Of a stretch of 64,000 nucleotides of DNA, positions 53,360-62,974 are shown piece after piece. Within the stretch, counting starts at the first letter, position 1. Each line of letters starts with the position of its first letter. Source of the stretch: Candidatus Microgenomates bacterium (GTDB taxonomy: Bacteria; Patescibacteriota; Microgenomatia; UBA8517; JACQJR01); contig JACQJR010000001.1 in assembly GCA_016204995.1 (NCBI GenBank), positions 539,034 to 603,033 of the forward strand, in the 5' to 3' direction. A model generated the notes under the pieces. That model saw only the letters and a list, made by a program, of their open reading frames with translations. It was not told the origin of the DNA and searched no databases. Made by a program: the position numbers and the translations under genes.

Positions 53360-54259
53360 TCACCTCCTTTTACTTTTGGTAGCTTTACGCGAAAATGAGC
53401 TTCGTCTAAGAGACATAAACTGTTTAATGGCTAAATAAATAAGCAGTATGGTTATGCCTATAAAAATAGCCGCCCACACATTTTCCGGAACAAAGCTGGT
53501 GAAATTACCTATCAATTTAATAAATTTGGTCAAGTAAATATTAAGAGCTACTTGATAGGAGGCATGCGAGGTTAATCCACCTACCATAGCCAGATAAATA
53601 ATCATTATTCCCAGAATTAAAAACATTAATCCGGAAAATAGATTAGCTAAAGTTAAACTGATTTTTTGACCTAGGATAGTATAAGAAAAGCCTCTCCTAA
53701 AGACAAAAAATTTCTTGGTAAAATCTATTTTATCCAAAAAGAAAGCGATGGTAAATAAAGGCAGTACCATGCCCAAAACATAAGCTAAGGTATAAACTCC
53801 TCCTAAAAAGACTGAGCCGGGAAGAGCAGATAAAGTCAAGACGCCAGCCAAGACCGGAGCGCAACAAGTGGTGGCCACAGCCGAAAATACTCCTAAAATA
53901 TAGACAGAGATAAAATCCTGCCTTTTTAACTCGGGGTGGGCACTAAAGGGTAAAGAAAACTGTTGTCCCAAAAGCAAACTAGTGCCCAAGAATAATAAAA
54001 AGATGCCTCCGGCAATAAAAATCGTGTCGTGATATTGACTGAAGATTTGAGTGATAAAGGAAACCCCTAGGCCAATTGGCAAAAAGATAGATAGAATACC
54101 TAGAAAATAGACAAAAGTCATTAAAAAGACGGTCGTTTTTTGCTTGAAAATGGAAGCCAAATAGGTGGGTAAAAGTACAGTAATACAACAAGGAGCAAAA
54201 AGAGCGGCAATGCCGGCGACAAAGGAGGCGATAAAAGAAGCACTGACTAAAAGGTCCAC
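53360..54259 (-). CDS. ccdA: cytochrome c-type biogenesis/disulfide-transfer protein CcdA (DsbD core) family
   Basis: FAPCCITVLLP and TTCCAPVLAG: two TM Cys pairs characteristic of DsbD/CcdA. Confidence 0.7.
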   Translation of the reverse strand: MDLLVSASFIASFVAGIAALFAPCCITVLLPTYLASIFKQKTTVFLMTFVYFLGILSIFLPIGLGVSFITQIFSQYHDTIFIAGGIFLLFLGTSLLLGQQFSLPFSAHPELKRQDFISVYILGVFSAVATTCCAPVLAGVLTLSALPGSVFLGGVYTLAYVLGMVLPLFTIAFFLDKIDFTKKFFVFRRGFSYTILGQKISLTLANLFSGLMFLILGIMIIYLAMVGGLTSHASYQVALNIYLTKFIKLIGNFTSFVPENVWAAIFIGITILLIYLAIKQFMSLRRSSFSRKATKSKRR

Positions 54260-54675
54260 CTAAAACTCCTTTCTGTTACACCACCCACATTTTTAATCTT
54301 TAATTCAATAGATTTCGGTCTGGGAGAAATAGTCTTAAATTTTAGTATTCCACGGCGGTGATGGCCGCCTGGCGGATCACCCTCCCACGAAAGCGGTTTA
54401 AACACCTTTCCTTGATCATCCATTAGAAGAGACATTGCCACTAAATCTGTGTTAAGTTCCTCTGAATGAGTGTCCAGAGTGATATCAAAATCCCAAGTGT
54501 TTACTCCATTTTCCCAACCGTGAGGAGCAACGGTTACCGTCACCGGTCCTTCACTATTTTCTTTGACTGCCAGAATGATATTACTGCCAGTATCTGGCGG
54601 GGGGTTAATTATCATTTTGGCTGCCACTCCTACTAGTGCTATCACAACTAAGATAATTATAATTTTTTTCATCAT
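54247..54675 (-). CDS. hypothetical exported protein
   Basis: 142 aa, N-terminal signal anchor; His-rich patch GGHHRRG. Confidence 0.3.
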   Translation of the reverse strand: MMKKIIIILVVIALVGVAAKMIINPPPDTGSNIILAVKENSEGPVTVTVAPHGWENGVNTWDFDITLDTHSEELNTDLVAMSLLMDDQGKVFKPLSWEGDPPGGHHRRGILKFKTISPRPKSIELKIKNVGGVTERSFRWTF

Positions 54676-54702
54676 TTGAGATTAGTGGAATAATTCTCGT
54701 GT

Positions 54703-55158
54703 CTATTGCTGGTAATTTAATACCTTGTTGCCAATAAAATATATGCCTAAAAGATTAAAAAATAAACCAATCCAGAAAAATTGGACTTGATATTGACCAA
54801 TAATGGTAATTATCCCCGTTGCTCCCAAAATTGGCAAGATGTTGGTTAGATAGTGAGCACAACAAGAAATCATCGCGGCAGTGGAGGTGGCTCCGGTAGT
54901 TGCTAAAACTTGCGGCGAAGCATTTTTAATCAGAGCTTTTAGATAACTATACAAACCAACTTGTATCCCGAAACCGATGGCTAAGGCCATGATAAAATAC
55001 CAAAACCGAGAAAATTGGTCTTGAGCAAAAACCCAACCAGAGATGGAGGTGAGAATAATAAAATATATCGCCAATAAAATTATGATAGCGATAAAACCTG
55101 TCAAGATTGCCTTGACGATAAGTTCCAGCTTAAAATCACTTTTCATAAAGTAATGCAA
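54703..55158 (-). CDS. hypothetical membrane protein with intramembrane Cys-Cys pair
   Basis: 151 aa, 4 TM; SCCAHY. Confidence 0.3.
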   Translation of the reverse strand: MHYFMKSDFKLELIVKAILTGFIAIIILLAIYFIILTSISGWVFAQDQFSRFWYFIMALAIGFGIQVGLYSYLKALIKNASPQVLATTGATSTAAMISCCAHYLTNILPILGATGIITIIGQYQVQFFWIGLFFNLLGIYFIGNKVLNYQQ

Positions 55159-55222
55159 AAACTAGCTGTTACTAAATTTACGAGAAAACAATTAGTACAG
55201 CTATTTGCCACCTTTCATGTAG

Positions 55223-55501
55223 TTAGGCATCGGGTTTCAATTTATTATAAACACCGGCAAAAACATAACCGACCAACCAGGTACCGATCATAGCGCTGAC
55301 TAATCCCAACACAAAATTACTGCGGGGAGTACCGGTCCAAATTTGGTTTAAATCCAAACCATGAAACCAACTCTCAGCCAGTGCTTTGGAAAAATCTGGC
55401 AAAAAGGCTACGGCTGCCGCGCACACCACATAGATAAGACCAGTGACAATAGCCGACGCATTAGCCCAAGCCAATTCATTTAATTTCATCTTTATTTTCA
55501 C
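55223..55501 (-). CDS. hypothetical small membrane protein
   Basis: 92 aa, 2-3 TM; immediately upstream of the P-type ATPase in the same orientation. Confidence 0.3.
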   Translation of the reverse strand: MKIKMKLNELAWANASAIVTGLIYVVCAAAVAFLPDFSKALAESWFHGLDLNQIWTGTPRSNFVLGLVSAMIGTWLVGYVFAGVYNKLKPDA

Positions 55502-55514
55502 CTCCTTTCGGTTT

Positions 55515-57683
55515 TTATACAGAAATTAGATCTTTCTCAGCGCGATTTAGTAGTACGGCATTAGTTGCGACAATAATGGAAGAGATGCTCATTAAAAGCG
55601 CCGAGATTTCCGGTCTAAGGGAAATGCCAAAACCAGGGTAGAGAATACCGGCGGCAATAGGAATGGCAAGCAGGTTATAGATTGAGGCCCAAAAGAGATT
55701 TTGTTTCATCTTGCTGACAGTGGCTTTAGAAAGTCTAATTGCTCTTAAAATATCAGTCGGGTCAGATTTCATTAGAACCACTTTGGCGGTTTCGACGGCG
55801 ACATCAGTACCGGCCCCAATCGCCATGCCGATATCAGCTTGAGCGAGAGCCGGAGCGTCGTTAACTCCATCTCCCACCATGGCCACAAATTTTCCCTCCT
55901 CTTGTAGCTTTTTGACATACTTGGCTTTATCTTCTGGCAACACTTCTGCAAATATGCGGTTGATTCCTAGCTCCTGACCAATTGCCTTCGCTGTTTTTTG
56001 ATTATCACCTGTAATCATCGCCACCTCAAGTCCCAGCTCTTTCATTTTTTGAATCGCTTTTGGGGCAGTAGATTTAATGGGGTCGGCCGCCGCCGCTACT
56101 CCCACCACTTTGCCTGCTACTGCCAGTATCATAATGGTTTTGCCTTGATCCAGTAGTTTATCAATTTCTTTTTGTAGAGGAGTAATATTAATTTTTCTAT
56201 TCCTCATTAATTTGACAGTGCCCACTAAAACCTGTTTACCGTCAACTCTGGCTTCTACGCCCAGGCCGGTAATATTAGTAAATTTTTCCACTTTAGTGGG
56301 GATTTTAATTCTCCTTCTCACCGCCTCTTCTAAGATGGCTTTACTTAAAGGATGGGATGATTTAGCCTCTACTGCTGCATCTAATTTAATAATTTCATCC
56401 TGGGAAAACCCGCGGGTAGTTATAACATCGGTGATGATTGGTTTGCCCTCGGTCAGCGTTCCCGTTTTATCTAAGACGACGGCTTGAATTTTAGAAGTTT
56501 GTTCAAGCGTTGGAGCGTCTTTAATTAAGATATTATGTTTGGCGCCCAAACCGGTGCCGACGGCGACGGCGGTGGGGGTGGCTAGACCCAAAGCATCGGG
56601 ACAGGCAATCACGACGGTAGAAATAGCAAAAGTTAAAGCAAAAAGGAGTGGTTGTCCTAAAATCAAAAACCAGACGGCAAAGGTAATTAAACCTCCGCCT
56701 ACAGCCACGATCACCAAATACTTGGCAAAGCGATCGGCAATCTTTTGTCCCGGAGCTTTGGAGCTTTGGGCAATTTCTACCATTTTGATAATTTGAGCCA
56801 GAGCTGTATCTTCGCCAATCCTAGTGGCTTTAAATTTAACTGAACCGGTGGTGTTAAGAGAGCCGCCAATGGCCCGATCGCCGACTTTTTTGGCAACTGG
56901 CAGCGATTCGCCGGTGACTAAGGACTCATCTATGGCTGTTTCACCCTCAATGATTTGGCCATCAACCGCCACTTTGTCTCCAGGTTTTAAGATTAAAATG
57001 TCACCAATTTTAACTTGGCTGGTAGGAATAATTTCTTCTTTCCCCCGACGTAATACCCGAGCTTGAGGGGGGACGAGAGCAAATAAAGCTTGTAAGGCAT
57101 CAGTGGTGCCGCGGCGCGATTTCATTTCCATCCAATGACCAAACAGGACAAAGGTAATAAGAAGTGCTGCTGCTTCATAGTAAGAGTCGCTGCTGTTAGT
57201 TAAAGTTAACACCACGCTAAAACCAAAAGCAGCAGTAATACCGACAGCAATTAAAACCGCCATATTGAGGGTTTTGGCTTGCAATGCCTTAAAAGTAGAG
57301 TAGAGGAAAATCCAGCCTGAATAAAAAAACACCGGTGTGGTCAGCAGGAATAAAATCCAGCTGGCGGGAATGGGTGTGGGCAAAGTTACTCCCAGAATTT
57401 TTTCTCCTAAAGGCGAATAGAGAATAATGGGCAGGGAAAAAACAAGGGCAAAGAAAAATTTGTGGCGAATATCTTCTTCCATAAGTTTTGCCATCTCCCG
57501 GCCAGCCAGACCACCATGTTCCATGCCCATGGTCATGCCCATGCTCATTTTGAATTTTTCCCAACCTGACATTTGGGAAACTGTGGCGTTTTTGATTTCG
57601 TGAAGTGCCATACCGCAGGAGGGACATCTACCGGGTTGATCGGTTTGTATTTGAGGATGCATGGGACAGGTATACATTTTCAT
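55515..57683 (-). CDS. heavy-metal (probably copper) translocating P1B-type ATPase
   Basis: DKTGTLT phosphorylation motif, GDGVNDAP; TM6 motif is CPD (IACPDALGLATP, checked on DNA) rather than CPC; N-terminal YTCPMHP...CPSCGM domain and MGMTMGMEHG Met-rich stretch. Confidence 0.85.
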   Translation of the reverse strand: MKMYTCPMHPQIQTDQPGRCPSCGMALHEIKNATVSQMSGWEKFKMSMGMTMGMEHGGLAGREMAKLMEEDIRHKFFFALVFSLPIILYSPLGEKILGVTLPTPIPASWILFLLTTPVFFYSGWIFLYSTFKALQAKTLNMAVLIAVGITAAFGFSVVLTLTNSSDSYYEAAALLITFVLFGHWMEMKSRRGTTDALQALFALVPPQARVLRRGKEEIIPTSQVKIGDILILKPGDKVAVDGQIIEGETAIDESLVTGESLPVAKKVGDRAIGGSLNTTGSVKFKATRIGEDTALAQIIKMVEIAQSSKAPGQKIADRFAKYLVIVAVGGGLITFAVWFLILGQPLLFALTFAISTVVIACPDALGLATPTAVAVGTGLGAKHNILIKDAPTLEQTSKIQAVVLDKTGTLTEGKPIITDVITTRGFSQDEIIKLDAAVEAKSSHPLSKAILEEAVRRRIKIPTKVEKFTNITGLGVEARVDGKQVLVGTVKLMRNRKINITPLQKEIDKLLDQGKTIMILAVAGKVVGVAAAADPIKSTAPKAIQKMKELGLEVAMITGDNQKTAKAIGQELGINRIFAEVLPEDKAKYVKKLQEEGKFVAMVGDGVNDAPALAQADIGMAIGAGTDVAVETAKVVLMKSDPTDILRAIRLSKATVSKMKQNLFWASIYNLLAIPIAAGILYPGFGISLRPEISALLMSISSIIVATNAVLLNRAEKDLISV

Positions 57684-57684
57684 A

Positions 57685-57960
57685 TCATTGATGGATTCTT
57701 TTAAATAGTCTTTTAAGTTCTTCTATAGCCTTATCTTGTTGATGCTGAAATTGATCTGCGACGTGGGTTTTTAAGTGCTTTTCAAAAATAAGAGCATCTA
57801 AACTTTTGATAGAATTTTGAATAGCCAGGCTTTGATTAAGTAAATCTATACAATACTTATCTTCTTCAATCATTTTCAAAAGTCCTTCCAGCTGTCCTTT
57901 AATAATATTAATTCTTTTTTTGGCCTCGTTCTTAACACTTTCAGAGTTTTTCATATACAC
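57685..57960 (-). CDS. csoR: CsoR/RcnR-family metal-sensing transcriptional repressor
   Basis: 91 aa; KYCIDLLNQ...H...H helix-bundle pattern with the Cys/His metal ligands of CsoR; adjacent to and co-oriented with the ATPase. Confidence 0.7.
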   Translation of the reverse strand: MYMKNSESVKNEAKKRINIIKGQLEGLLKMIEEDKYCIDLLNQSLAIQNSIKSLDALIFEKHLKTHVADQFQHQQDKAIEELKRLFKRIHQ

Positions 57961-57965
57961 CCATA

Positions 57966-57986
57966 ATATACCCCCCTAGGGTATAT
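57966..57986. promoter_or_regulatory. CsoR-type operator candidate: atataccc-cccta-gggtatat (GC tract flanked by an AT palindrome)
   Basis: perfect 8-bp inverted arms immediately upstream of csoR. Confidence 0.55.
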
Positions 57987-58046
57987 GTCAACCCCGTTCA
58001 GCTGGGCGTAGCAGGTATCACTGATTTGTGATATGATATCTAATTA

Positions 58047-58463
58047 ATGCGGGGATTTGTGAATGGTTTGCTATTAGGAATTTTGCTGGCCGGCTTTTTA
58101 TTTCTCTTTAACTTTTTATCAATTGCTAAAATTAGGCTAATTTGGCAAAACAGCACTGCCAGACTTAGTGAATTGACGGGTTTACAAAATTTAGCTATTG
58201 CTCAGGCAGTTAAAGATGGCAATTACCACTGTTGCATTAATCCGCCTTGCACCATGTGTTTTTGGCAGGGTAATAAGTGGAATTATAATACGCCCGGTAC
58301 TTGTGATTGCGATGCCTTTATCGCTCGGGGAGAAGAGGCTTGTCCGCAATGTGCTCGAGGTGAAAAAGAGGGAAAGTGCGGCGGCAGTTCTGGCGTGTCT
58401 ACTTCTAGTTCGCCGACTAGTTGCCTCTTTGTTCCCCAAAGTTTTACTCGAAGTGGGGCTTGA
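58047..58463 (+). CDS. membrane-anchored Cys-rich protein (12 Cys), possible metal-binding
   Basis: N-terminal TM then HCCINPPCTMC...CDCDAF...CPQC...KCGG clusters. Confidence 0.35.
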   Translation: MRGFVNGLLLGILLAGFLFLFNFLSIAKIRLIWQNSTARLSELTGLQNLAIAQAVKDGNYHCCINPPCTMCFWQGNKWNYNTPGTCDCDAFIARGEEACPQCARGEKEGKCGGSSGVSTSSSPTSCLFVPQSFTRSGA

Positions 58464-58499
58464 CACTTACCGCCCCTTTTGTGGTATGGTGAAAAACGT

Positions 58500-58817
58500 A
58501 TGATAGCGGCAGTGACTGATAATGATTTTGAAGAAGAGGTTTTAAAAAATCCCAAGCCTGTTCTAGTTGACCTGTGGGCTGTTTGGTGCGGGCCTTGTCG
58601 GCTGGCCGAGCCGATTTTGGAAGAGTTAGCCGATCAATATAAAGAACAAGTCATAGTAGCCAAACTTGATGTGGATAAAAATCCCGCGACTGCCCAAAAA
58701 TATAACGTCATGTCTATTCCCACTACCATTTTATTTAAAAATGGCCAAGAGGTGGGGCGTCAGGTGGGATTTTCCGGTAAAGCTCCGTTTGAAAATTTAA
58801 TTAAGAAAGGATTATGA
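58500..58817 (+). CDS. trxA: thioredoxin
   Basis: WAVWCGPCR active site, ~105 aa from the Met at 58500; ORF-track start 58479 is a TTG. Confidence 0.85.
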   Translation: MIAAVTDNDFEEEVLKNPKPVLVDLWAVWCGPCRLAEPILEELADQYKEQVIVAKLDVDKNPATAQKYNVMSIPTTILFKNGQEVGRQVGFSGKAPFENLIKKGL

Positions 58818-58836
58818 GAGGGGGTGAATTAATTTA

Positions 58837-59016
58837 ATGGATCCAAATCAAAATCAACCAGCTCAACCAGTTAATCCGCCAGCAGATACTCCTGTTGCAC
58901 CGAGTACGCCTGTCCCGACTGGGTCGGGACCAGCAGCACCAACCATGCCAGAACCAACAACACCTCCTACTGCTGAAGAACCAGAAACAGAGCAGCCCGC
59001 TCAACCAGCAGCGTAG
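58837..59016 (+). CDS. 59-aa Pro/Thr/Gln-rich peptide (MDPNQNQPAQPVNPPADTPVAP...)
   Basis: below ORF-track cutoff; gagagggggtg SD upstream; low complexity. Confidence 0.2.
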   Translation: MDPNQNQPAQPVNPPADTPVAPSTPVPTGSGPAAPTMPEPTTPPTAEEPETEQPAQPAA

Positions 59017-59021
59017 AGTAA

Positions 59022-59125
59022 GGCACTAGGCAATAGGCAAAGCTTGACTCTTCGGGTTAGATACTAGGCACTAGAAATAAGAAAAAAATTAGTGCCTAAT
59101 GCCTAGTCCCTAATGCCTAATACAT
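59022..59125. repeat. 'aggcactag/ctagtgcct' repeat element, second copy, running into the trxB start codon
   Basis: gtaaggcactaggcaataggcaaagc...tactaggcactagaaataag...ttagtgcctaatgcctagtccctaatgcctaat. Confidence 0.65.
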
Positions 59126-60090
59126 ACGACATAGCAGTTATTGGTTCTGGTCCAGCTTCTCTTACGGCGGCCATTTACACCAGTCGCGGCGCCGCTAAAA
59201 CCGTCATTTTGGCAGGCAGTAATTGGGGTGGTCAGTTAATGCTGACGACAGAAGTGGAAAATTTCCCCGGCTTTGATCATATTTTAGGGCCGGAGTTAAT
59301 GGCCAAAATGAAGAATCATGCTGTCAAATTCGGGTCAGAATTTATAGGAGCAGATGTAGAAGAAGTAGATTTTAGCCGGCAGCCGTTTACTCTGAAAGCT
59401 AATGGAAAGGATTATCAGACCAAGTCGGTAATTATTACCACCGGCGCCAATGCTCGTTGGTTGAATCTGCCATCCGAGCGGGAGTTTATCGGCCGCGGAG
59501 TTTCCTCTTGCGCTCCTTGCGACGCCCCCTTTTTTAAGGAAAAAAACGTCATTGTAGTGGGCGGGGGAGATAGTGCTATGGAAGAAGCGCTGGTGTTGAC
59601 TAAATATGCTGCGAGTGTCACGATTGTTCATCGCCGCAGTAACTTTCGCGCTTCCAAAATTATGCAAAGCAAGGTGCTAAATCATCCCAAAATTAAAGTA
59701 ATTTGGGATACGGAAGTTACGGAAATTTTAGGGACAGATAAGGTTAGCGGGGTCAAATTAAAAAATGTTAAAACCGGCGAAACTCGTGACATGCCGATTG
59801 ATGGAGTTTTTGTCGCCATCGGCCATGATCCCAATACCAAACTGTTTGCGGGAAAGTTAGAGCTAGATGAAAAAGGATACATCAAGATAATTTCTAATTC
59901 CAAATTTCTAATTTCTAATGAAAAAGGGGAAGAGGTGGGAAACAGATTTTCTACGATGACTTCGATAGAAGGAATTTTTGCGGCCGGAGATGTGCATGAT
60001 TTCCGCTACCGCCAAGCGATTACCGCCGCCGGCTTTGGCTGTCAGGCAGCAATGGATGCGCTGTCGTGGCTTGAGGAGGTTCGTCCATGA
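59113..60090 (+). CDS. trxB: thioredoxin-disulfide reductase
   Basis: FAD motif VIGSGPAS, redox-active CAPCD, NADPH motif VVGGGDSAMEEA; in-frame repeat at 59888-59920. Confidence 0.85.
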   Translation: MPNTYDIAVIGSGPASLTAAIYTSRGAAKTVILAGSNWGGQLMLTTEVENFPGFDHILGPELMAKMKNHAVKFGSEFIGADVEEVDFSRQPFTLKANGKDYQTKSVIITTGANARWLNLPSEREFIGRGVSSCAPCDAPFFKEKNVIVVGGGDSAMEEALVLTKYAASVTIVHRRSNFRASKIMQSKVLNHPKIKVIWDTEVTEILGTDKVSGVKLKNVKTGETRDMPIDGVFVAIGHDPNTKLFAGKLELDEKGYIKIISNSKFLISNEKGEEVGNRFSTMTSIEGIFAAGDVHDFRYRQAITAAGFGCQAAMDALSWLEEVRP

Positions 60091-60782
60091 AGTCTGTTCC
60101 AAATTTGCTAACCCTCATTCTAATTACTCTTTTAGTAGTCTGTGCTTTTTTAATCGGTATGTTTTGGACTAAAGTGCAGACTTTGGAAAAGGGTGTTGCT
60201 GTTTCTGGAACTCCCACTTTAAGGCCCGCTCCGCCGGTTTTATCCGCTGATAAATTTAACGAAGTGGTCAAAGAGGCCATCTTTGTCGGTGGCGATCCTA
60301 ATTCCAAAGTAAAATTAGTAGAATTTGCTGATTTTCAGTGTCCGGTCTGCGGCAACTTTTTTACAAACTACTTGCCGACGATTGAAAAAGAATATATTGA
60401 TACTAAAAAAATTGGTTTTTATATTCGCCATTTTCCGCTTTACTCTTTGCACCCTGACGCGGAAAATGCGGCTTTGGCTATGGAATGCGCCCGGGAGCAG
60501 GATAAATTTAAGGCTCTGCACGATGTTCTTTTTCAAAATCAGCAAAGTTTGTCTACTACTGACCTGAAAAAATACGCCGCCCAGCTTCAAATGAAAACCA
60601 GTCAATTTAATGCCTGTTTAGATTCTAAAAAATACAAGGCTAATATTGATCGGGATGTCAAGCTGGGTGAATCTTTAGGAGTGACAGGCACGCCTAATTT
60701 TTTCCTTAACGGTCGCTTAATTGCCGGAATTTCTACCCTAGCCGCTTTCCAAGTTACCCTTGACGAAGAGTTGAAGAAGTGA
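60087..60782 (+). CDS. DsbA-family thiol:disulfide oxidoreductase, membrane anchored
   Basis: N-terminal TM; FADFQCPVCGNF CxxC in DsbA-like context. Confidence 0.7.
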   Translation: MKSVPNLLTLILITLLVVCAFLIGMFWTKVQTLEKGVAVSGTPTLRPAPPVLSADKFNEVVKEAIFVGGDPNSKVKLVEFADFQCPVCGNFFTNYLPTIEKEYIDTKKIGFYIRHFPLYSLHPDAENAALAMECAREQDKFKALHDVLFQNQQSLSTTDLKKYAAQLQMKTSQFNACLDSKKYKANIDRDVKLGESLGVTGTPNFFLNGRLIAGISTLAAFQVTLDEELKK

Positions 60783-61193
60783 TTAGGATTTTTTAATTAC
60801 TACATATCCCGTCCCAGTTAGCATAATTGCTAATAGCCCCATCACCCACAAGGGGAATCCTGTTTTTGGTAGTTGGCTGACCGGCGATGGTTTGGGGGTA
60901 GCAGTGGCTTTGGGGCTGGCCCCGATTTTATCGGGGCTGGTAGTCGGTAAAGTAAAGCCCGGATAAGGAGTTGGTTTAACAGTAGAAGTTGGCAAAGGAT
61001 AGAAAGTAGGAGTGGGTTTGACAGTGGAAGATTTAGTGGCATTTTGCCACAAAGCAATTAAAACCACAATAATAACTAAAACTACCAGGGCGCCAAGAGC
61101 GATAGAGGCAATGTTGCCAAAGCGGGGAGAGAGGGAAGGTAATTTGGATCGGTCAAAGCCCTCAAACATATTTTGAGGCAGAGGTAGAGTCAA
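60783..61193 (-). CDS. Pro/Thr-rich surface protein with C-terminal LPXTG-type sorting signal
   Basis: 136 aa; N-terminal TM; C-terminus ...QLPKTGFPLWVMGLLAIMLTGTGYVVIKKS = LPKTG + hydrophobic helix + basic tail. Confidence 0.55.
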   Translation of the reverse strand: MTLPLPQNMFEGFDRSKLPSLSPRFGNIASIALGALVVLVIIVVLIALWQNATKSSTVKPTPTFYPLPTSTVKPTPYPGFTLPTTSPDKIGASPKATATPKPSPVSQLPKTGFPLWVMGLLAIMLTGTGYVVIKKS

Positions 61194-61215
61194 GTATAGG
61201 ATAATTTAAACTCTT

Positions 61216-61243
61216 GTCAAGCCCCGATCAAATCGGGGTTGAC
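61216..61243. repeat. palindrome gtcaag-ccccgatcaaatcgggg-ttgac (CCGATTNAATCGG family), intergenic
   Basis: read directly between the LPXTG-protein gene and the response regulator. Confidence 0.8.
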
Positions 61244-61266
61244 TCTTTCTAGTATAATCTTAATAT

Positions 61267-61935
61267 ATGAACAGCATCCTAATTGTAGAAGATGATCAAG
61301 GAGTGCAAAAATTCTTAAAAGAATTTTTGCTGGATAACGGTTTTTCAGTCAGAATGGTCGGTGACGGGTTAGAAGCAATGGCACAAATTGAAAAGTTACC
61401 CCCGGATGTTGTTATTTTGGATTTAGGTTTGCCTAATATGAGCGGAGAAACAGTTTGCACCGAGGTCAAGAAACAATACCCTCATTTACCAATTATTATT
61501 TTAACAGCCCGCGACACCACTTCAGATATCGTTCAGGGACTCAACTTAGGAGCAGATGACTATATGACTAAACCTTTTGTGGCTGATGAGTTACTGGCGA
61601 GGATCAAGGCTCGGCTGCGAGCTGATGGTTTGGCTACTACTAGGGTTAAAATAGCAGATTTAGAACTGGATAAAAATCTGATAGAGGTCAAGCGCAATGG
61701 TAAATTAATTTCGTTAACTCCGCAAGAATTTAAACTACTGGAATATTTAATGAATAACGCCGGCCGTATTTTGACTCGGGATATGATTTTAGATCGGGTT
61801 TGGTCTTATTCAGCGGAGATAGAAAGTAGGGCAGTAGATGTTTATATTGGATATCTACGTAAGAAAATTGATAATGGTTCTAAAAAGAAGCTAATTCATT
61901 CAGTTAGAGGCTTCGGTTACGTAATTAAAGAATAA
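61267..61935 (+). CDS. OmpR/PhoB-family response regulator
   Basis: REC domain with phospho-acceptor Asp (VVILDLGLP) and winged-helix DNA-binding domain. Confidence 0.85.
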   Translation: MNSILIVEDDQGVQKFLKEFLLDNGFSVRMVGDGLEAMAQIEKLPPDVVILDLGLPNMSGETVCTEVKKQYPHLPIIILTARDTTSDIVQGLNLGADDYMTKPFVADELLARIKARLRADGLATTRVKIADLELDKNLIEVKRNGKLISLTPQEFKLLEYLMNNAGRILTRDMILDRVWSYSAEIESRAVDVYIGYLRKKIDNGSKKKLIHSVRGFGYVIKE

Positions 61936-62974
61936 GGCGGCGGTGAATTGGTTTATCCAAGATTGGCATAAAGGACACTATATATCGATCGGCTGGTACT
62001 CCTAAATCTTCAAACGTAAATTGAGCAAAGGTAGCTTCATCCCTGGCATTAATGTTACTGCCTAAGGCTTCCATGGCTAAGGATTTGCGAATAATATCTC
62101 GTTCAGAGGATTGGTCAAAAATCTCCCGAGAAAGATCATAGGACATTTCAGCCATTCTTTCTGGATTATAATTTTCCGGTAGTTTAATTTTTTCGGCCTT
62201 TTGGTAAAATTTTTCCGCCCCAACTCTTTCCCTAAAAGCATGGACCTGGTTTCTTGCCTCCCTTTTAATTACCGCAGTTTCTTCCAGGGTGGCCATATTG
62301 ATGAACCATTCTTTGATTTTTGCCCCCGCTTCTTTAGAGTCATCTAAATCTACAATTTCTTTAAATTTTTCTCTCATAGTTCTTATTACAGCTTCGTCTG
62401 ATAATTGGGGAATTTCTTCTCGCATGGCAAGTCCTTTGCTTTGATGATAAGCATGGTTAATTAAGTAGATAAATAAAGTATTATTCATATTGGCGGCTAT
62501 ATATTCAAAGGCAGTTACGCCTCGATCTTTGGGGAATTTGTCGCCGACTGAGGGCGATTCAATTAAATGGATAGCCTTGATATTATAACCAGGATAGATC
62601 ACAATTGCCTCACTAGGATGATTGATTTTTTCCAGAAAAAAAATATTAAATTCAGGTGAATCCGGAATGATTCCTTTAGATCGGGCATCGGCTAATTCTT
62701 TTTCATATAAAATTTTATTAATCGCGAGAGGAACTTGCAGAATTTGTGCATTCTGCTCCAGGGTGCTAGTGATTTGCTCCAACAAGGTGCTCTTGCCGGC
62801 TAAGGGCGGACCCATTAGAAAAAAAGTATCAATTTGAGTGTCAAACAACAATCTATAAATTAAATTTTGAGCAATCAATTGACCTTCGGTGTCAGTCAAG
62901 CCGGCCAGTACCTCACAGGTTTCTTGATCAATCACGATCATTTCCGGAGTAATATTTCTTTCAGATTCGGCCAT
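61925..62974 (-). CDS. hypothetical P-loop NTPase
   Basis: 349 aa; Walker A LMGPPLAGKSTLLEQ; overlaps histidine-kinase gene stop by 14 nt. Confidence 0.4.
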   Translation of the reverse strand: MAESERNITPEMIVIDQETCEVLAGLTDTEGQLIAQNLIYRLLFDTQIDTFFLMGPPLAGKSTLLEQITSTLEQNAQILQVPLAINKILYEKELADARSKGIIPDSPEFNIFFLEKINHPSEAIVIYPGYNIKAIHLIESPSVGDKFPKDRGVTAFEYIAANMNNTLFIYLINHAYHQSKGLAMREEIPQLSDEAVIRTMREKFKEIVDLDDSKEAGAKIKEWFINMATLEETAVIKREARNQVHAFRERVGAEKFYQKAEKIKLPENYNPERMAEMSYDLSREIFDQSSERDIIRKSLAMEALGSNINARDEATFAQFTFEDLGVPADRYIVSFMPILDKPIHRRLIL

